Shown here one piece after another: positions 59,811 through 64,000 of a stretch of DNA of 64,000 bases. This stretch comes from Candidatus Nomurabacteria bacterium. Lineage in GTDB: Bacteria; Patescibacteriota; Minisyncoccia; Phycocordibacterales; SBAW01. The stretch's first letter is position 1, and each line of letters begins with the position of its first letter. Position numbers and translations under genes: made by a program. The notes under the pieces are model-generated. The model made no database searches and was not told where the DNA came from. It saw nothing but the letters and a program-made list of their open reading frames with translations. The stretch is from positions 80,528 through 144,527 of the forward strand of contig CALREW010000001.1 of NCBI GenBank assembly GCA_943356415.1, given 5' to 3'.

Positions 59811-61688
59811 ATGGGAAGAATCATTGGAATTGACTTGGGCACGACGAATTCTGCAGTTGCTTCCGTGCGCGGCGGAGAGCCATCCATTCTTGAAAACGCC
59901 GAAGGAGGCCGCACAACGCCTTCTATCGTCGCAATAGGCAAAAATGGCGAGCGTCTTGTCGGTCTTCTCGCACGACGCCAAGCAGTAACGAACCCAAAGA
60001 ACACGGTCTACCAGATAAAACGCTTCATCGGACACAACTGGGGAGAATCTGGTGTGGAGAAGGACCGCACCTCAGTTCCGTTTGAGATGCGTAAATCGCA
60101 AAATGGTGGCATCGAAGTAGAAATGGGCGGGCAATGGTCTCGCCCAGAAGAAATCTCCGCGATGCTTCTTAGTAAACTTAAGGCTGACGCTGAAGCAAAG
60201 CTTGGCGAGCCGGTGACTGAGGCGGTTATTACCGTTCCTGCATACTTCAACGACACGCAACGTCAGGCAACACGCGACGCAGGTAAAATTGCTGGCCTCG
60301 ACGTAAAACGCATCATCAATGAGCCAACAGCCGCAGCACTCGCCTATGGCTTCAATACAAAAAGGGACGAAAAAATAGCCGTCTTTGACTTCGGTGGTGG
60401 AACATTTGACGTATCGATCCTCGAAGTTGGCGCAGACGTCATTGAAGTTAAATCGACTGACGGCGACGCACACCTTGGTGGAAAAGACATCGACCAAAAA
60501 ATAATTGATTGGCTCGCAGAAGAATTCAAAAAAGAATCCGGCATCGATGTCCGAAACGACCCTCTCGGACGCCAGCGCCTCGATGAAGCTGCTGAAAAAG
60601 CAAAAATAGAACTCTCCTCTGCTGCAGAAACCGAGGTCAATATTCCGTTCATCACGTCAGACGCGTCCGGCCCGCGACATCTTCTTGTGCGTATGACACG
60701 AGCAAAACTCGAAGAACTTTCCCAGGAGTTTATTGACCGTGCACTCGTGATCACCAAGCGCGCAATGGAAGCGTCGCCCTTTAAAGTAGGCGACCTCAAT
60801 GAAGTGATCCTTGTTGGCGGACAGACGCGCATGCCGGCGATACAGCAGGCGGTGGAGAAATTCTTCAACCGCAAACCAAACATGTCGGTTAATCCGGACG
60901 AAGTAGTAGCCATCGGCGCGGCTATTCAAGGAGGTATCCTGCAAGGCGATGTGCGCGACGTTCTATTGCTCGACGTCATACCACTCTCACTTGGCATTGA
61001 AACAATGGGTGGGGTTGCGACAAAACTTATTGACCGCAATACCACTATCCCGACCTCAAAGTCACAAACGTTCTCAACGGCAGCAGACAATCAAACGAGT
61101 GTTGAAATACACATCGTGCAGGGAGAGCGCGCGCTTGCGAGCGACAACAAAAGTCTTGGCAGGTTTATCCTTGACGGTATTCCGCCAGCACCTCGCGGCC
61201 TCCCACAAGTAGAGGTGACTTTTGACGTCGACCAAAACGGTATTCTTGCCGTGAAGGCCAAAGACAAGGCGTCAGGCAAAGAGCAGACCATCCGCATCGA
61301 AGCATCCTCGGGCCTTGCTGACGCGGATATCGAGCGCATGAAAAACGAAGCGGAAGCAAATGCTGACGCCGACAAAAAGAAACTCGAGCTTATCGAAGCG
61401 CGAAACATGGCGGAGCAAGCCGTATACGCTGCCCGCAAAGCGCTTACCGACAACAAGACAGCAGTGCCTGCCGATATCGTATCTGCCGTTGAGGCCAAAG
61501 TAACTGAACTTGAGAGCAAGAAGACAGGGGACGACGCTGCCGTTATAAAAACAGCAGTCGAAGACCTCTCGAAGGAACTCTCCAAAATATACGAAGCAGT
61601 GCAAAAAGCAGGAGGCCCTGAAGCACCAAAGGAAGAGCCGAAAACAGATGAACCAGAAGGTCCCGTCCGCGATGCAGAGGTAAAATAA
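59811..61688 (+). CDS. dnaK: Chaperone DnaK
   Basis: [32 protein letters not shown]. Confidence 0.98.
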   Translation: MGRIIGIDLGTTNSAVASVRGGEPSILENAEGGRTTPSIVAIGKNGERLVGLLARRQAVTNPKNTVYQIKRFIGHNWGESGVEKDRTSVPFEMRKSQNGGIEVEMGGQWSRPEEISAMLLSKLKADAEAKLGEPVTEAVITVPAYFNDTQRQATRDAGKIAGLDVKRIINEPTAAALAYGFNTKRDEKIAVFDFGGGTFDVSILEVGADVIEVKSTDGDAHLGGKDIDQKIIDWLAEEFKKESGIDVRNDPLGRQRLDEAAEKAKIELSSAAETEVNIPFITSDASGPRHLLVRMTRAKLEELSQEFIDRALVITKRAMEASPFKVGDLNEVILVGGQTRMPAIQQAVEKFFNRKPNMSVNPDEVVAIGAAIQGGILQGDVRDVLLLDVIPLSLGIETMGGVATKLIDRNTTIPTSKSQTFSTAADNQTSVEIHIVQGERALASDNKSLGRFILDGIPPAPRGLPQVEVTFDVDQNGILAVKAKDKASGKEQTIRIEASSGLADADIERMKNEAEANADADKKKLELIEARNMAEQAVYAARKALTDNKTAVPADIVSAVEAKVTELESKKTGDDAAVIKTAVEDLSKELSKIYEAVQKAGGPEAPKEEPKTDEPEGPVRDAEVK

Positions 61689-61691
61689 CGC

Positions 61692-62768
61692 ATGGCTTCC
61701 AACAAGGACTACTATGAGGTGCTTGGTATTGCGAAGGGCGCGTCGAAAGACGAAGTGAAGAAAGCCTTTCATAAGCTTGCGCACAAGTATCACCCCGACA
61801 AAGCCGGAGGCGACGCCGAACGCTTCAAAGAGGCAAGCGAAGCTTATTCAGTGCTCTCCGATGAGAAAAAACGCGCCGAGTACGATGCATACGGTCGAGT
61901 TTTCTCAGGCGGCGCAAACCCTGGCGCAGGAAGCGCCGGCGGTTTCGACTTCTCAGGCTTTGCTGACCAATTCAACGGACAAGGATTTAACGTCGACTTC
62001 GGAGATATCTTTGGCGACATATTCGGCGGAGGTGGTTCTCGTGCGCGACGCGGGCGCGATATCTCGATAGACCTTGAGCTTACCTTTCAGGAATCTGTCT
62101 TTGGCGTGACTCGAAACGTACTTCTCGCAAAAGTTGCTCAGTGTGACACCTGTCACGGGACAGGGGGAAAGCCAGGCACTGAACTTACCACCTGCACGCG
62201 CTGCAATGGTAAAGGCGCGGTGCACAACACAATGAACTCTCCGTTCGGTACCTTTACTTCCACGGCTCCGTGCAGTGAATGTCGTGGCACCGGAAAAATT
62301 CCGAAAGAGCGCTGCGCAACCTGCCGTGGTGAAGGTGTGTATCGTAAACAAGAAGAAATAGAGATAGCCGTGCCTGCGGGCATCGAAGGTGGAGAGATGA
62401 TACGCCTCGGTGGCATGGGGGAGGCAACACAGGGAGGCCCTGCCGGCGACCTGTACGTAAAAATCCACGTGCGCCCAGACGCTCGTTTTAAGAAAGACGG
62501 CATCAACCTCATTACTGACCTTTCAGTTAAACTCTCCGACGCGCTCATTGGCGCCGACTACACTATTGAAACGCTTGATGGTGCCGTCACGGTTGCCGTA
62601 CCTGCAGGCGTCTCACACGGCGAGTTGCTGCGCATAAAAAACAAAGGTGTTCCGGCTGGCAAAGGAAAGCGTGGAGACCTCTTTGTCCGTGTTAAAGTCC
62701 CTCTACCAACAAAACTTTCTCGCGAGGCAAAAAAGCTTATCGAAAAACTGAAAGAGGAGGGTATATGA
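61692..62768 (+). CDS. dnaJ: Chaperone DnaJ
   Basis: HPD motif, G/F-rich region, four CxxCxGxG repeats. Confidence 0.97.
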   Translation: MASNKDYYEVLGIAKGASKDEVKKAFHKLAHKYHPDKAGGDAERFKEASEAYSVLSDEKKRAEYDAYGRVFSGGANPGAGSAGGFDFSGFADQFNGQGFNVDFGDIFGDIFGGGGSRARRGRDISIDLELTFQESVFGVTRNVLLAKVAQCDTCHGTGGKPGTELTTCTRCNGKGAVHNTMNSPFGTFTSTAPCSECRGTGKIPKERCATCRGEGVYRKQEEIEIAVPAGIEGGEMIRLGGMGEATQGGPAGDLYVKIHVRPDARFKKDGINLITDLSVKLSDALIGADYTIETLDGAVTVAVPAGVSHGELLRIKNKGVPAGKGKRGDLFVRVKVPLPTKLSREAKKLIEKLKEEGI

Positions 62769-63463
62769 ACTCGCATCGTTTCTTTTCGGCGACTGCCGCC
62801 TTTATTCAAGGCACGACATGGGTAGCCGCTCGCGCGCTACTATTTTTATTTGTGCGCTTCTCTGTCCAAGGGAAAGAACACCTCGCACCCCTCAACGGCA
62901 AAGCAATCATTTTTGCTTCGAATCACGCCAACGAAGTTGATGCACTTTTAATGCGCTACGCGCTGCCGCTTTTTTCTCCATGGACACCGCTTTTTTACCC
63001 AGTCCGAGAAGCGCCATTTTACCGAAATGACCACGAGACGTTCTCGTGGCGCCGATTTATCTATGGCGGCACTATCTTCAAACTACTCGGCGCATTTCCC
63101 ATACGCTCGGGACGCCAAAATTACGCAGAAGCGTTACAGGAATACGTTGTACTGCTAGAAGAGAAGAGAAGTGTGTGCATTTTTCCTGAAGGTCGCATGA
63201 CCACAACCGGCGCAATGGGGGAGGCGCACGGGGGTGTGGCGTATCTTGCTGGGAAAACTGGCGCCGCAGTGGTGCCTGTACGCATTGAAGGAACGTACCG
63301 ACTCACCGCCGCACGTTTTATTTTTTCACGTCCATCGATACGCATTCGCATCGGAGCACCGATGTACCTTACCTTGCCTCGAGATGCGACGGACGGCTCA
63401 GCGCTCGCGCTTCACTGCAAAAAGCAGGCAGCGCAGGTTCTCGATCGCATCAAAGAGATGTAG
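62765..63463 (+). CDS. plsC: 1-acyl-sn-glycerol-3-phosphate acyltransferase (PlsC family)
   Basis: NHANEVD (HX4D), FPEGR, VVPVRI. Confidence 0.85.
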   Translation: MNSHRFFSATAAFIQGTTWVAARALLFLFVRFSVQGKEHLAPLNGKAIIFASNHANEVDALLMRYALPLFSPWTPLFYPVREAPFYRNDHETFSWRRFIYGGTIFKLLGAFPIRSGRQNYAEALQEYVVLLEEKRSVCIFPEGRMTTTGAMGEAHGGVAYLAGKTGAAVVPVRIEGTYRLTAARFIFSRPSIRIRIGAPMYLTLPRDATDGSALALHCKKQAAQVLDRIKEM

Positions 63464-63496
63464 CACGGGGTGGTACTATACAAGTACGACGCTCCC

Positions 63497-64000
63497 ATGA
63501 AGACGCTTTCCGTCTTTTTTCATGCTTTCAGTGATCTGGCAATGCACGTGTTGCCAATGCGTAGTCTCACGCGCCCGCGCTATGCGTTTGGATTTCTAGT
63601 CCACCCTCGCGATGACTACGATGTTTTTCGCAAATTCCCAATACTCCGCATCCTTCCGCAGACATGGCTCGAACGATTTCTCAATGGTTTTTGGCCGATT
63701 ACCGTCTCGCGCATAACCGGGCTTCGCGACAAAGAAGGACACCCTATCGGTGGCTTTGTTTTTTCCATACCACTGACATCGCGGATGCTGCTTGAAAATC
63801 GAGACCGTTCAAAGCGAAAGATACTTTCTGCATTGCGCCTAGCCCATAAAAGAGGTGTCCATCTCGTAGGATTAGGCGGCCTTATTTCATCAGTCACTGG
63901 CGGAGGCCTTACCATCCTCCCTGAAGTGAATGATATGGCTATCACCACCGGGCACGCCTATACCGCCGTCAACGTGACCAACAATGTGTTTGCGCTCGCG
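63497..64000 (+). CDS. Partial CDS, COG5322/acyl-ACP-reductase-like dehydrogenase (runs off window; not in ORF track)
   Basis: 168 open codons: FGFLVHPR...VGLGGLISSV...ITTGHAYT. Confidence 0.7.
   Translation, partial: MKTLSVFFHAFSDLAMHVLPMRSLTRPRYAFGFLVHPRDDYDVFRKFPILRILPQTWLERFLNGFWPITVSRITGLRDKEGHPIGGFVFSIPLTSRMLLENRDRSKRKILSALRLAHKRGVHLVGLGGLISSVTGGGLTILPEVNDMAITTGHAYTAVNVTNNVFALA

Overview
Bacterial chromosome segment that reads like a small-genome Patescibacteria/CPR (Parcubacteria-type) organism; this is inferred from shortened UvrC, AlaRS, L13 and ATP synthase epsilon, and from many apparently leaderless genes. Core content: uvrA (3' part), uvrC, ddl, five tRNAs (three Ala isoacceptors, Pro, Val), a complete F1Fo ATP synthase operon interrupted by two extra genes, an ArsR-RND efflux operon, ychF, leuS with an inserted HAD domain, mltG, mnmA, ung, pepF, alaS, infA-rpmJ-rpsM-rpsK-rpsD-rpoA-rplQ-rplM-rpsI, grpE-dnaK-dnaJ and plsC. 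The standout is a ~4.7 kb large-serine-recombinase island (4682-9359) at the 3' end of tRNA-Ala(TGC). Its middle carries a 385-bp inverted copy of its own reconstituted attP junction (133-bp left arm and 256-bp right arm overlapping at a CCAC core; no mismatch seen by eye). This splits the element into two IR-flanked, potentially invertible modules (integrase; XRE-NUDIX-Ham1-NUDIX-hypothetical cargo) and stores an alternative integrase C-terminus. Several stand-alone GC-rich single-gene cassettes are scattered through the window, including proteobacterial-like Bug/TctC and glmS genes; most show their own SD and terminator hairpin, and some a clear promoter. No CRISPR array or rRNA was seen.
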